From: an uncultured Acidobacteriota bacterium
GTDB lineage: Bacteria; Acidobacteriota; Thermoanaerobaculia; Multivoradales; UBA5704
DNA length: 64,000 nucleotides
Direction: 5' to 3'
NCBI GenBank assembly: GCA_963756455.1
Contig: CAVWNC010000004.1
Coordinates: 503,098-567,097, forward strand
Shown here: positions 1 through 7,427 of the stretch, piece after piece
Position numbering within the stretch: the first letter of the stretch is position 1
Layout of the letters: every line of letters begins with the position of its first letter
Notes under the pieces: model-generated
Databases searched by the model: none
The model's input: only the letters and a program-made list of their open reading frames with translations
Told to the model about the DNA's origin: nothing
Made by a program: the position numbers and the translations under genes

Positions 1-681
1 CAGGGGCTCTTCGGCGGCGGGCTCGCGGCCGTAGACGCGGAGGAATCGGCGGAGGGACGCGACGCCGCGGGCCTGGGCCTCCGGCGTCAGCTCGATTCCC
101 AGGAAATGGGGCAGGAGGTGGTTCCTTACGAAGTCGCCCTGCTCGCTCCCCTCGCCTCCCTCGCCCCGATGCCAATCCGCCTCCAGGGCGAGCCGCCAGG
201 AGGCGCGCAGGAAGTTCATCGAGCCGGCGGCCGGGTCGAGCAGGCGAACCCGGGGGTCGGCCAAGCCGGCGCTCCAGCCGAGCTTCGTCTGGAGCAGCCG
301 GTGGACCGAGCGCGCCAGGTAGCCGGTGAGCGCCGGAGGCGTGGCATAGATGCCACAGCGGCCGCGGACGTCCGCCTGCAGGCTTGCCCGCCGCCCCTTG
401 CACACGTGCCCCGAGAGCCGGCTGCCGCGGAGCGCCACCTTGAGCCCCAGGGCCTCCCCTTCGTCCCCACAGGCGACGACCGCGAGGCCGCGCTGCCGCA
501 GGTCGCGGAAGAGGGTTTCGACCCCGCGGCCCAGCTTGGGAAGCCAGGGGATGTCCTGCGAGATCCGGGAGACGTCTTCGATCTCGTCTGCGGTCGGCAC
601 GAATTGGAGCACCAGGTGCCAGGTCTGGCCCGGCCGGGTGAGCGCATGTTTCAAGACGTCGACGACGGAAAGAGCTTTCAT
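1..681 (-). CDS. 5' part of a gamma-class N6-adenine DNA methyltransferase gene (type IIG / Eco57I / PglX-like); 3' end lies beyond the window start
   Basis: Reverse-strand frame is open from ATG at 681-679 to position 1, and is absent from the ORF track because it has no stop. Translation reads MKALSVVDVLKH... and contains GIYATPPALTGYLARSV followed about 40 aa later by LLDPAAGSMNFL. This is the TPP-x-x-V motif followed by AdoMet motif I (LDPAxGSGxFL), in the order seen in M.TaqI-like gamma-class amino-MTases. Confidence 0.5.
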   Translation of the reverse strand, partial: MKALSVVDVLKHALTRPGQTWHLVLQFVPTADEIEDVSRISQDIPWLPKLGRGVETLFRDLRQRGLAVVACGDEGEALGLKVALRGSRLSGHVCKGRRASLQADVRGRCGIYATPPALTGYLARSVHRLLQTKLGWSAGLADPRVRLLDPAAGSMNFLRASWRLALEADWHRGEGGEGSEQGDFVRNHLLPHFLGIELTPEAQARGVASLRRFLRVYGREPAAEEPL

Positions 682-692
682 GGTCGGAGGGG

Positions 693-983
693 TCAGACGC
701 GGGCGGGCTGCTGGTAGTCGGCGGCGGCTTGGAGCGTCTCGATCAGCGGGTCGAGGCGATCGTCGAGCACGATCGCGGCCACCGCCCGGATTTCCGTCAG
801 CACGTCGAGCTCGTCGGGCATGTCGACGTCGGCGATCTCTTCCGGGGAGGGAGGAATGCTGGCGTGCAGCTGGACGAGCCGATCGCGGACGCCCTGCAAG
901 GTCACGACGATCGCCCGCAGCATGGCCCGAGCCACTTCGATCTCCTCGTCTCCGCCGGTCCTCAGCGCTCCCGTCTTCGCCAT
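693..983 (-). CDS. hypothetical 96-aa protein immediately upstream of the methyltransferase gene
   Basis: ORF track 693..983(-). AGGAGA RBS about 10 nt upstream of the ATG at 983. Stop lies 12 bp before the MTase ATG. No recognisable motif. Confidence 0.4.
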   Translation of the reverse strand: MAKTGALRTGGDEEIEVARAMLRAIVVTLQGVRDRLVQLHASIPPSPEEIADVDMPDELDVLTEIRAVAAIVLDDRLDPLIETLQAAADYQQPARV

Positions 984-987
984 CGCT

Positions 988-1188
988 TCAGGCTCTCCTT
1001 TCCCGCGCGAGGCGGAGCGCCCGCCGTCCCCGTCCGTCCGCGATTCGCCAGAGCGGCCGGGTCACGGCCGCGCACGAACGGCAGCCGGAGAGGAGGTGGC
1101 GGACGATGGCGCGGCTTTCGGTCTTCGAGGTCTCCCCTCGGAGGAAGCCGAGGAGCAGGGTGGGGTGGGGATGTTCGCGGTCTCGCAT
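988..1188 (-). CDS. possible small zinc-finger protein with an HxxxCxxC motif (anti-sigma zf-HC2-like)
   Basis: Internal ATG at 1188 of ORF 988..1419(-) gives MRDREHPHPTLLLGFLRGE...VRHLLSGCRSCAAV, which resembles LxxxLDGEL...HLxxCxxC of zf-HC2 domains. Its stop overlaps the RBS of the next gene. The upstream part of the track ORF crosses an AT-richer promoter region and was discarded. Confidence 0.25.
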   Translation of the reverse strand: MRDREHPHPTLLLGFLRGETSKTESRAIVRHLLSGCRSCAAVTRPLWRIADGRGRRALRLARERRA

Positions 1189-1400
1189 GGTGGCTTTCTG
1201 GGTAGCGCTCCAGGCGCCCGGTGCAGGAGATCGTAGGGGCCGCCGTCCTGTCCGAGAGGACGGGAGTGCTTGTTTTCCATGCCTTATCGTTGGTCCGGGG
1301 GTGTGTCGCAGAGTTCCATCATTCTTTCTCGCTCTTTTGTCACGAAAGCACGCTGGCTCGCACTTTGGTCCTATAGGAATCTCTTGTAGGAGGGGATGGA
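1189..1400. promoter_or_regulatory. divergent promoter region between the zf/MTase operon (reverse) and HTH-TPR regulator 1 (forward)
   Basis: A 212-bp non-coding stretch with visibly lower GC than its flanks. GGAGGGG RBS precedes ATG 1401. Confidence 0.3.
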
Positions 1401-2909
1401 ATGACGAGGAAGCGTTCACCCGAGGCTCTGGCCCTGCTCTACCTGCGCCTCGCCTTCAATTGGGGGATCAAGAAGCTGGCGGCGGCCCTCGGGTTTTCGA
1501 GCGAGAAGCACCTCGCCGGCTACGAGACGGGCGAGCGGCCGCTCAGCCGCGACTACCTGGACACCCTCGTCGCTCCGCTCGGCGCCCCGCCGGAGGCGGT
1601 CGACGTCCTGCTCTGGGTCCACGAACGGATCGTCCCCAAGCCCGAGGAGGAGACCGCGCCGGCTTCACCGCTCGACCTCACCCCGGTCGAGCGCTTCAGA
1701 ATCTTCCGCACCGCCCTCGCCGCCGGGTGGGCGCTGGCGGAGAGGCTCGTCACGGAGCTGACGCGGCAGAAAAAGGCGCAGAAGCTGGCGGCGGTCCGGC
1801 GGGCGGCGCAGGAGCTCGCGACGCGGTTGAAGTCGGTTGCGTCGCAGAAGCGGCGGGTGTTGCTCGATCTCTTCCCGGAGTTTCGGAGTTGGGCCGTCGT
1901 GGAGGCGCTCAGCCACGACAGCGAACGGGCGGCCTCGCACTCGGTCGAGAACGCGATGGAGCTCGCCGAGCTCGCCGTCTACGTCGCCGAACGCCTGCCG
2001 GGTGGGGAGGCGGAGCGGGCGAGAGCCGCGGGTTATGGCTGGTGTTACATCGCCAACGCGCTCCGGGTGGCGACCGAGTTCGACCGGGCCGCCGAGGCCA
2101 CGAAGCGCTCCTGGAGACTCTGGCAGGCCGGGGAACCCGCCCGCGCGCTGCCGCTCGCCGAGTGGCGTTTGTGGGATCGCGAAGCGTCCCTGCGGCGCGA
2201 GCAGCAGAGGTTTCCGGAGGCGCTGGAGAGCATTGAACGAGCGCTTGCCTCCTGCGACGGCGAACCTGCGGCGGCTGGGCGCATCCTCCTCAACAAGGAT
2301 GCCATTCTCCATCAGATGGGCGACTTTCAGGGCGCTCTCGAAGCCTTGGTGAAGGCTGCTCCTCTCGTCGAAGCCACGGCGGACCCCAATCAACTCTTCG
2401 CGCTTCGGTTCAACCGGGTTGCCCACCTGTGCGCTTTGGAACGCTTCGCGGCGGCGGCGGCCCTTCTGCCCGAGGTCCGCGAGATGGCAGTCGACCAGGG
2501 CAGGAGATTTCACCTGATCCGGCTGCGGTGGCTGGAGTCCAAACTGATGGCCGGGCAAGGGCAGACCGAGGAGGCGAGGGCCTGTCTGGAGCAAGTCTGC
2601 CAGGAGTTCGCGGGTCTGGATCTACCCTACGAGGCGGCACTCGCCGCGCTCGAGCTGGCAGTGATCGACCTCGAGGCAGGGCGCACCGCCGAGGTGCGGG
2701 AGCTCACGCTTACCATGCGCCGGATCTTCGAGCATAAGGGTATCGCGCGGGAGGCTATGGTTGCACTCGCCCTCTTCTGCGAGGCTGCCCGGCGGGAACG
2801 CGCTACTGTCGAATTGGCGCGCCAGGCAATCGCAGCAGTAGAGAGAGCGCAGCGCTCGGCCTCCCCGGCGACAAGCTGGCGGAGAGGCCGAAGAAAAGCT
2901 CGCTCCTAG
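1401..2909 (+). CDS. XRE-family helix-turn-helix regulator with a C-terminal TPR-like domain (paralog 1, intact)
   Basis: 502 aa. N-terminal ALALLYLRLAFNWGIKKLAAALGFSSEKHLAGYETGERPLSRDYLDTL is an HTH_XRE-like fold. The remainder is alpha-helical TPR-like repeats. RBS aggagggg precedes the start. Confidence 0.75.
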   Translation: MTRKRSPEALALLYLRLAFNWGIKKLAAALGFSSEKHLAGYETGERPLSRDYLDTLVAPLGAPPEAVDVLLWVHERIVPKPEEETAPASPLDLTPVERFRIFRTALAAGWALAERLVTELTRQKKAQKLAAVRRAAQELATRLKSVASQKRRVLLDLFPEFRSWAVVEALSHDSERAASHSVENAMELAELAVYVAERLPGGEAERARAAGYGWCYIANALRVATEFDRAAEATKRSWRLWQAGEPARALPLAEWRLWDREASLRREQQRFPEALESIERALASCDGEPAAAGRILLNKDAILHQMGDFQGALEALVKAAPLVEATADPNQLFALRFNRVAHLCALERFAAAAALLPEVREMAVDQGRRFHLIRLRWLESKLMAGQGQTEEARACLEQVCQEFAGLDLPYEAALAALELAVIDLEAGRTAEVRELTLTMRRIFEHKGIAREAMVALALFCEAARRERATVELARQAIAAVERAQRSASPATSWRRGRRKARS

Positions 2910-3268
2910 CTGTGGCAGCGGCCACCTGGGTCGATAACGCAGCCGGTGTCGGTGCTCGGCTTCGAGGCCCCCTCCGTGCAGCGGCCGTTCGGGTCGATCC
3001 AGCAGCCCAAATTGGTGCTCGCTTTGGGCGGTGCCGGTGGGACCACCTGCGTGGCACCGGTCAGGCAACGACCGCTCGGGTCGATCCAGCAACCCGTGTC
3101 GCTCCAAAGCCTTTGGAGGCTGCTCCAGGCGCGGTCCAAGATCGTCGAAGGGGCCGAGGCCGTCGTTTTCAGAGCCCTTCGCGGCGCGGCGACCGAGGGC
3201 CAGGGGAGGACGAGCACGGCGACGAACAGGAGGAAAAGGGTCTTGCGACGGAGAGAGAGGGTGGTCAT
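2906..3268 (-). CDS. small secreted protein/peptide precursor with three tandem GCWIDPxGRC repeats
   Basis: Second ATG (3268) of ORF 2906..3307(-) is preceded by a GGAG RBS. MTTLSLRRKTLFLLFVAVLVLPWPSVAAP is a signal peptide. It is followed by DTGCWIDPSGRC, NLGCWIDPNGRC and DTGCVIDPGGRC. The DNA shows three imperfect repeats of the core ggtcgatccagca (one copy variant ggtcgataacgca). The gene converges on regulator 1 and diverges from regulator 2. Confidence 0.6.
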   Translation of the reverse strand: MTTLSLRRKTLFLLFVAVLVLPWPSVAAPRRALKTTASAPSTILDRAWSSLQRLWSDTGCWIDPSGRCLTGATQVVPPAPPKASTNLGCWIDPNGRCTEGASKPSTDTGCVIDPGGRCHS

Positions 3269-3384
3269 GGAGGCTCCTGAGGAGAGGGGCTCCGCCGTGG
3301 CCGCCATGGCCCCGGGGGCGGCTCTCGATAAGAAAGGTGCACCAACTCACCATAACCGATGGAAAAACGAGGGAGGGGGTTGAC

Positions 3385-4836
3385 ATGGCGAAGAGGGGAG
3401 ATCCGAAGGTCCTGCGGTTCGTCGTGCTGTTCCTGCGCCACTATGCGGACCTGACCCAGGAGGCCTTCGGCCAGGCCGCGAGGGTCGACCAGGGGACCAT
3501 CTCGATTTACGAGGCGGGCGACAAGGCCCCACCGGAAGACGTTCTGCGGCGGATGGCGGTCGTGGCGCAGGTGCCCTGGCCGCTGGTGGTGCTCCTGCGC
3601 CGCTTCCTCACCGTCCTCTTCGCCTGGCTGGCTGGCGGGAGCGCGCTCGCGGTGCCGCGGGAGGGAACGCCGGCCGAAGAGGCAGCCCTGGAGGCGGCGC
3701 TTCTGGCGGTGGTCCCGTACCGGATCGAGGAGGCTGTAGCGGACGAGAACGGCCCCTCACCGGAGGAGGAGCGCCGGGAGGCCGAGGAGATCTGGGCCGG
3801 CCTGGAGCCCTTTCCGCTCGCCGAACGCCGGCGGTGGATCGAGCTCACCGTCCGCGCCTCCCGGAGTTGGGCCCTGGCGGAGAAAATCTGCCATGCCAGC
3901 GAGCTCGCGGCGGCGCACGAAGAGGCGATGGAGCTGGCGGTCCTCGCCATCTCGATTGCGGAACGGGTGCCGGACGAGGCGCGAAGGGCGCGCACTCTGG
4001 GCTACTCTGGGGGCTACGTCGGAAACGCTCATCGGGTCGCAACCGAATTCGAGCGCGCTCGGGCGGCCTTCGCTCTGGCCCGGGAGCACTGGAAGTCGGG
4101 TGAAGGAGCGCGTTCCCTACCCCTTGCCGGCTGGCGGCTGGAAGACCTCGAAGCGTCGCTCTACACCGATCGACGCCAGTTCCCCGAGGCTCTGGACTGT
4201 CTCAACCGGGCTTTAGCGGCCTGTGGAGACGATGCCTTGGCGGTCGGGCGTATCCTGACGAAGAAGGCGCATGTCCTGGAACAGTTGGGCGACCCCGCGG
4301 GTTCTCTCCAGGCCTTGGAACAGGCGACTCCCGCGATCGAAGCTTCTGGCGATCCGTAGCTCCTCTTTGAGCTTCGCTTCAACACCGTGGCCAACCTTGT
4401 CCACCTGGAGCAATATGAAAAGGGAGAGCGGCTCCTCGCCGAGGTGCGCGAGATGGCGGTCGCGCAAAGAAGGAATCTCCACCTGATCCGCCTGACGTGG
4501 CTGGAGTCTAAGGTAGCCGCCGGGCGGGGACGGACGGAGGAGGCGAAGGCCGGCCTGGAGCAGGTGATCCAGGAGTTCGCGGGCCTCCCCTATGAAGCAG
4601 CTTTGGCCTCCCTGGACCTGGCGGTGCTCCAACTCAAGGAAGGGCGCACGGCCGAGGTGAAGGAGCTGGCGGGCGCCATGGGCGGGATCTTCGAGGTCAA
4701 GGGGATCGCTCGGGAGGCGCTGGCGGCGCTTCGACTTTTCTGCGAGGCCGCGATCCAGGAGGGCGCTACGGTCGAGCTGGCGAAGCAAGTGATCGCTGAG
4801 GTGGAGAGAGCCCAGCGCGCGAGCTCTCCTGCGTAG
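3385..4836 (+). pseudogene. XRE-HTH + TPR regulator paralog 2, interrupted by an in-frame amber codon at 4357-4359
   Basis: ATG 3385 with a gagggaggggg RBS. ORFs 3031..4359 and 4387..4836 share one frame (both coordinate mod 3 = 1). Alignment to paralog 1 reads ADPNQLFALRFN against GDP*LLFELRFN, so a single nonsense change separates the halves. Confidence 0.6.
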
Positions 4837-4892
4837 CGAGGGCCAGGGGTAGGCGTTTGGGATCGCGGGATGCTGGATTCCGTCCGCTCCCA

Positions 4893-5192
4893 CGTGGAGA
4901 CACAACAATCGGACCCAGAAGCCCATGGGAGGGGTTTCCGGACACTACGGCGAGCCGTAGAGACACAAGCGCTGGTCCTGGAGACACTACGGGAGGACGT
5001 AGAGCCACTACGCTTACGACTGTAGACACTACGGAACGATCCAGAGACACTACGTTTTCTGCTGGAGACACTACGAAACGAGCTGGAGACACAAGAAACT
5101 CTGGCGGAAGCGAAGGACACGGCCTGCCGTAGTGTCTCGCCGACCGGTTCCCGGGTGTCGACGGGGGACCTTTGTGTCTCTACGCCAGCAGG
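4893..5192. repeat. array of 21-bp tandem repeats (about 9 direct copies, consensus tgGAGACACTACG + 8 nt) plus 2 inverted copies, abutting the 3' side of tRNA-Leu
   Basis: Successive units include tagagacacaagcgctggtcc, tggagacactacgggaggacg, tagagccactacgcttacgac, tgtagacactacggaacgatc, cagagacactacgttttctgc, tggagacactacgaaacgagc and tggagacacaagaaactctgg. Inverted copies are cgtagtgtctc at about 5128 and tgtgtctctacg at about 5172. Track ORF 4857..5132 (DTT heptads) is its translation artefact. Confidence 0.7.
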
Positions 5193-5208
5193 GTACGAAG
5201 GTCCAGAG

Positions 5209-5291
5209 TGCCGGAGGCGGGACTCGAACCCGCATGCCCTTACGGGCGGAAGATTTTAAGTCTCCTGCGTATACCATTTCGCCACTCCGGC
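5209..5291 (-). tRNA. tRNA-Leu, anticodon UAA
   Basis: Reverse complement reads GCCGGAGUGGCGAAAUGGUAUACGCAGGAGACUUAAAAUCUUCCGCCCGUAAGGGCAUGCGGGUUCGAGUCCCGCCUCCGGCA. There is a 7-bp acceptor stem GCCGGAG/CUCCGGC, an anticodon loop CUUAAAA, a long variable arm and a GGUUCGAGUCC T-arm. CCA is not encoded. Confidence 0.8.
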
Positions 5292-5377
5292 GGCGGCTGG
5301 ATTGTAGCAGTGCCGGCAGGCTACAATCCCGCCCCGCACGCAATCGACCGACCTTCGTCGTCTTGGGACCCTCTGCC

Positions 5378-6463
5378 ATGTATCGTGAGCCCGACCTCTC
5401 TCTGCCGCACTTCGCCGCCGCCCCCGACTGCCGCTTCACCCCGGCGCCGGCGGACACCGTCCTCCCCGATGGGTTCATGTCGACGACCGACCATCCGACC
5501 TACGTCAAGATCGCGGGCCGCTGGCGGATGCCCGAACGGCCGCGCATGGACTCCCACCTGGTTTGGGACCCCGCCACCGAGCGGTTGATCGTCAAGGAGT
5601 TCCGCCTCGTCCGCCAGGGCGACCTCGTGGCCACCGTGCGCGCCGAGGACGGCTCGGAGGGGGTTCTCGTCTGGGATCACGGCTTCGCCGACGAGGTCGA
5701 CCAGACCGCCGCCGAGGCGTTCTCGTTCATGTCCTCCGAGGTGAGCCGGGAGAAGCCGGTCAACTACGATGCCATCTTGAAGGAATTCCTCAACAACCGG
5801 GGCGATCGCGGCTACATCCTCTGGGTGATCGGGCCGGCTCTCGTCCATGCCCGCGGGCGCCAGGCCATGGAGTGGATGATCCACCACGGCTTCTGCCATG
5901 GCCTCATCTCCGGCAACGCGGTGGGAGTCCACGACGTCGAGGCCGCCCTCTACGGCACGACGCTCGGCATGATGGCCGACGGGTCGGGGAGCGCGGGCGG
6001 GCACATCACCCACATGCGGGCGATCAACGAGGTCAAGAAGGCGGGCTCGATCCGCGCTCTGGTCGACGACGGGCGCCTCAAGAGCGGCATCATGCACGCG
6101 CTTACGGTGACCGGCACGCCCTATGTCCTCGGCGGCTCGATCCGCGACGACGGTCCGCTGCCGGAGACCCTCGCCTCCGTCCTCGACGCCCAGGCCGCCA
6201 TGCGCGAGCTGACCGTCCAGGCGACCATGGTCGTCATGGTGGCGACCGCCCTCCACGCCATCGCCGTCGGCAACATGCTCCCCACCTTCTGCGCCCGCCC
6301 CGACGGCTCGATCTCGGAGGTTACGACCATCTGCGTCGACCAGACCGAGTTCGTCGTCAACAAGCTCAAGGACCGCGGCACCCACCAGGCCTTCGGCGTC
6401 GTCACCAACGCCCAGGACTTCCTCCGTCTCCTCCAGCTCGAGCTCCAGGAACGGGTCGGATAG
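5378..6463 (+). CDS. conserved hypothetical protein, possibly a LOR/SDH-like (TIGR00300-type) enzyme
   Basis: Track ORF 5132..6463 begins inside the tRNA, so the start is taken at ATG 5378 (MYREPDLS...). Globular composition with GGHITHMRAINEV and GNAVGVHD motifs. Family assignment is from memory and tentative. Confidence 0.4.
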   Translation: MYREPDLSLPHFAAAPDCRFTPAPADTVLPDGFMSTTDHPTYVKIAGRWRMPERPRMDSHLVWDPATERLIVKEFRLVRQGDLVATVRAEDGSEGVLVWDHGFADEVDQTAAEAFSFMSSEVSREKPVNYDAILKEFLNNRGDRGYILWVIGPALVHARGRQAMEWMIHHGFCHGLISGNAVGVHDVEAALYGTTLGMMADGSGSAGGHITHMRAINEVKKAGSIRALVDDGRLKSGIMHALTVTGTPYVLGGSIRDDGPLPETLASVLDAQAAMRELTVQATMVVMVATALHAIAVGNMLPTFCARPDGSISEVTTICVDQTEFVVNKLKDRGTHQAFGVVTNAQDFLRLLQLELQERVG

Positions 6464-6504
6464 ATAGGTAGCTCCGGCGGCTGGCCTCCGGCATCGCGAT
6501 CTGG

Positions 6505-6905
6505 AATCCCGTAGATCCACGCCAGGGGCAGGGTACTTTGGGCTTGGATCTATGTGGTTCCAGTTTGAAACCACGTAGATCCACGGCGGAAGTCGGGTGC
6601 TTTTGGCGTGGATCTAGGTGGTTCCAGTTTGAATCCACGTAGATCCACGGCGGAGACCGGGTGCTTTTTGTCGTGGATCTGGGTGGTCCTGGTTTGAAAC
6701 CACGTAGATCCACGGGCGGAGGCCGGATGCTTTGGACGTGGATCCAGGTGGTTCCAGTTTGAAACCACGTAGATCCACGGTGGAGGTCGGGTGCTTTTGT
6801 CGTGGATCTAGGTGGTTCCAGTTTGAAACCATGTAGATCCACGGTGGAGGTCGGGTGCATTGGACGTGGTTCTACAGGCTTCCGGTTGGGAACCCGTAGG
6901 CCCAT
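6505..6905. repeat. tandem array of about six 64-bp units, each with a 16-bp-arm hairpin (GTGGATCTAGGTGGTT-ccagtttga-AACCACGTAGATCCAC) plus a conserved 23-bp linker
   Basis: Units start at about 6543, 6608, 6673, 6738, 6802 and 6866, the last one degenerate. Linkers are ggcggaagtcgggtgcttttggc-like and conserved between units, so these are not CRISPR spacers. Every copy shares the same single G-G mismatch in mid-stem. Confidence 0.75.
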
Positions 6906-7073
6906 GCGTCCCACCGCCGGGCGGGCGGTGGTGAGCCAGGGCGGGGGTGCAGGCGACACGGTAGGGCATTCTACGATCCCGTTGCGGTCCCGTGGCTCTG
7001 GGTCGACCAGACTCGGAGATTCGTCAGAGGCGAATCTGCAGGGGTGAGCTTGCAGGTGTTTAGCCTTACCGGC

Positions 7074-7427
7074 TCACCGGCGCTTCTGTTTTCCAGGGGT
7101 GGCAGTCCCGAAGTAGCTCGCTGTTGCCTGTTCGAGGAGGAGTGCTGCGACCTGCATGGGGCTTACTTGCCGGTCCCCCGCGCTGAGCAGACTGGCGAGC
7201 TCTTTGAGACGTTGCTCGGTTTCAGGAGCCATGGGCACCTTCGGCCTTTTACTCCATGCCGGATTGGAAGGACGACCAGGACGCTTACCGGAGCTCGGTT
7301 CCAGTCGCCCTCGCAAGCTCTCCGCCAGCGCTGCCATGCCGAAAGCACCCGCGGAGTAATCGGGCACAGTACCTACCATGGTAGCGCCAAGTTTTTTCGC
7401 CAAGGACTCAATGTTCTTAGCCATCAT
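7074..7427 (-). CDS. putative ribbon-helix-helix (CopG-like) DNA-binding protein, 117 aa
   Basis: KRPKVPMAPETEQRLKELASLLSAGDRQVSPMQVAALLLEQA fits a strand-helix-helix RHH pattern. It overlaps the upstream ORF by 11 bp. Confidence 0.4.
   Translation of the reverse strand: MMAKNIESLAKKLGATMVGTVPDYSAGAFGMAALAESLRGRLEPSSGKRPGRPSNPAWSKRPKVPMAPETEQRLKELASLLSAGDRQVSPMQVAALLLEQATASYFGTATPGKQKRR

Noticed and set aside
350-2236. 628-aa forward ORF spanning the MTase, small ORFs, promoter region and regulator 1
   Set aside because: It crosses an AT-richer intergenic region and is out of frame with the motif-bearing genes. Low-complexity R/P/S-rich product.
4857-5132. ORF encoding a DTT-heptad repeat protein, and repeat-derived ORFs 6402..6959(-), 6550..6768(-), 6614..6832(-)
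   Set aside because: Their periodic amino-acid patterns are simply translations of the 21-bp and 64-bp DNA repeat arrays. There is no RBS, and they overlap the tRNA.
5297-5330. Perfect 10-bp inverted repeat ggattgtagc...gctacaatcc just 5' of tRNA-Leu as a terminator
   Set aside because: No U-run follows on either strand. It may be a processing or structural element, but evidence is insufficient to call it a terminator.
5132-5377. 5' extension of the LOR/SDH-like ORF
   Set aside because: It would overlap the tRNA-Leu gene on the opposite strand. An internal ATG at 5378 is used instead.
6505-6905. Possible CRISPR array
   Set aside because: The sequences between the palindromic repeats are themselves conserved from unit to unit (ggcggaggtcgggtgcttttggc variants), so there are no unique spacers. 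The 64-bp whole-unit periodicity, and the absence of any cas gene in the window, also argue against CRISPR.
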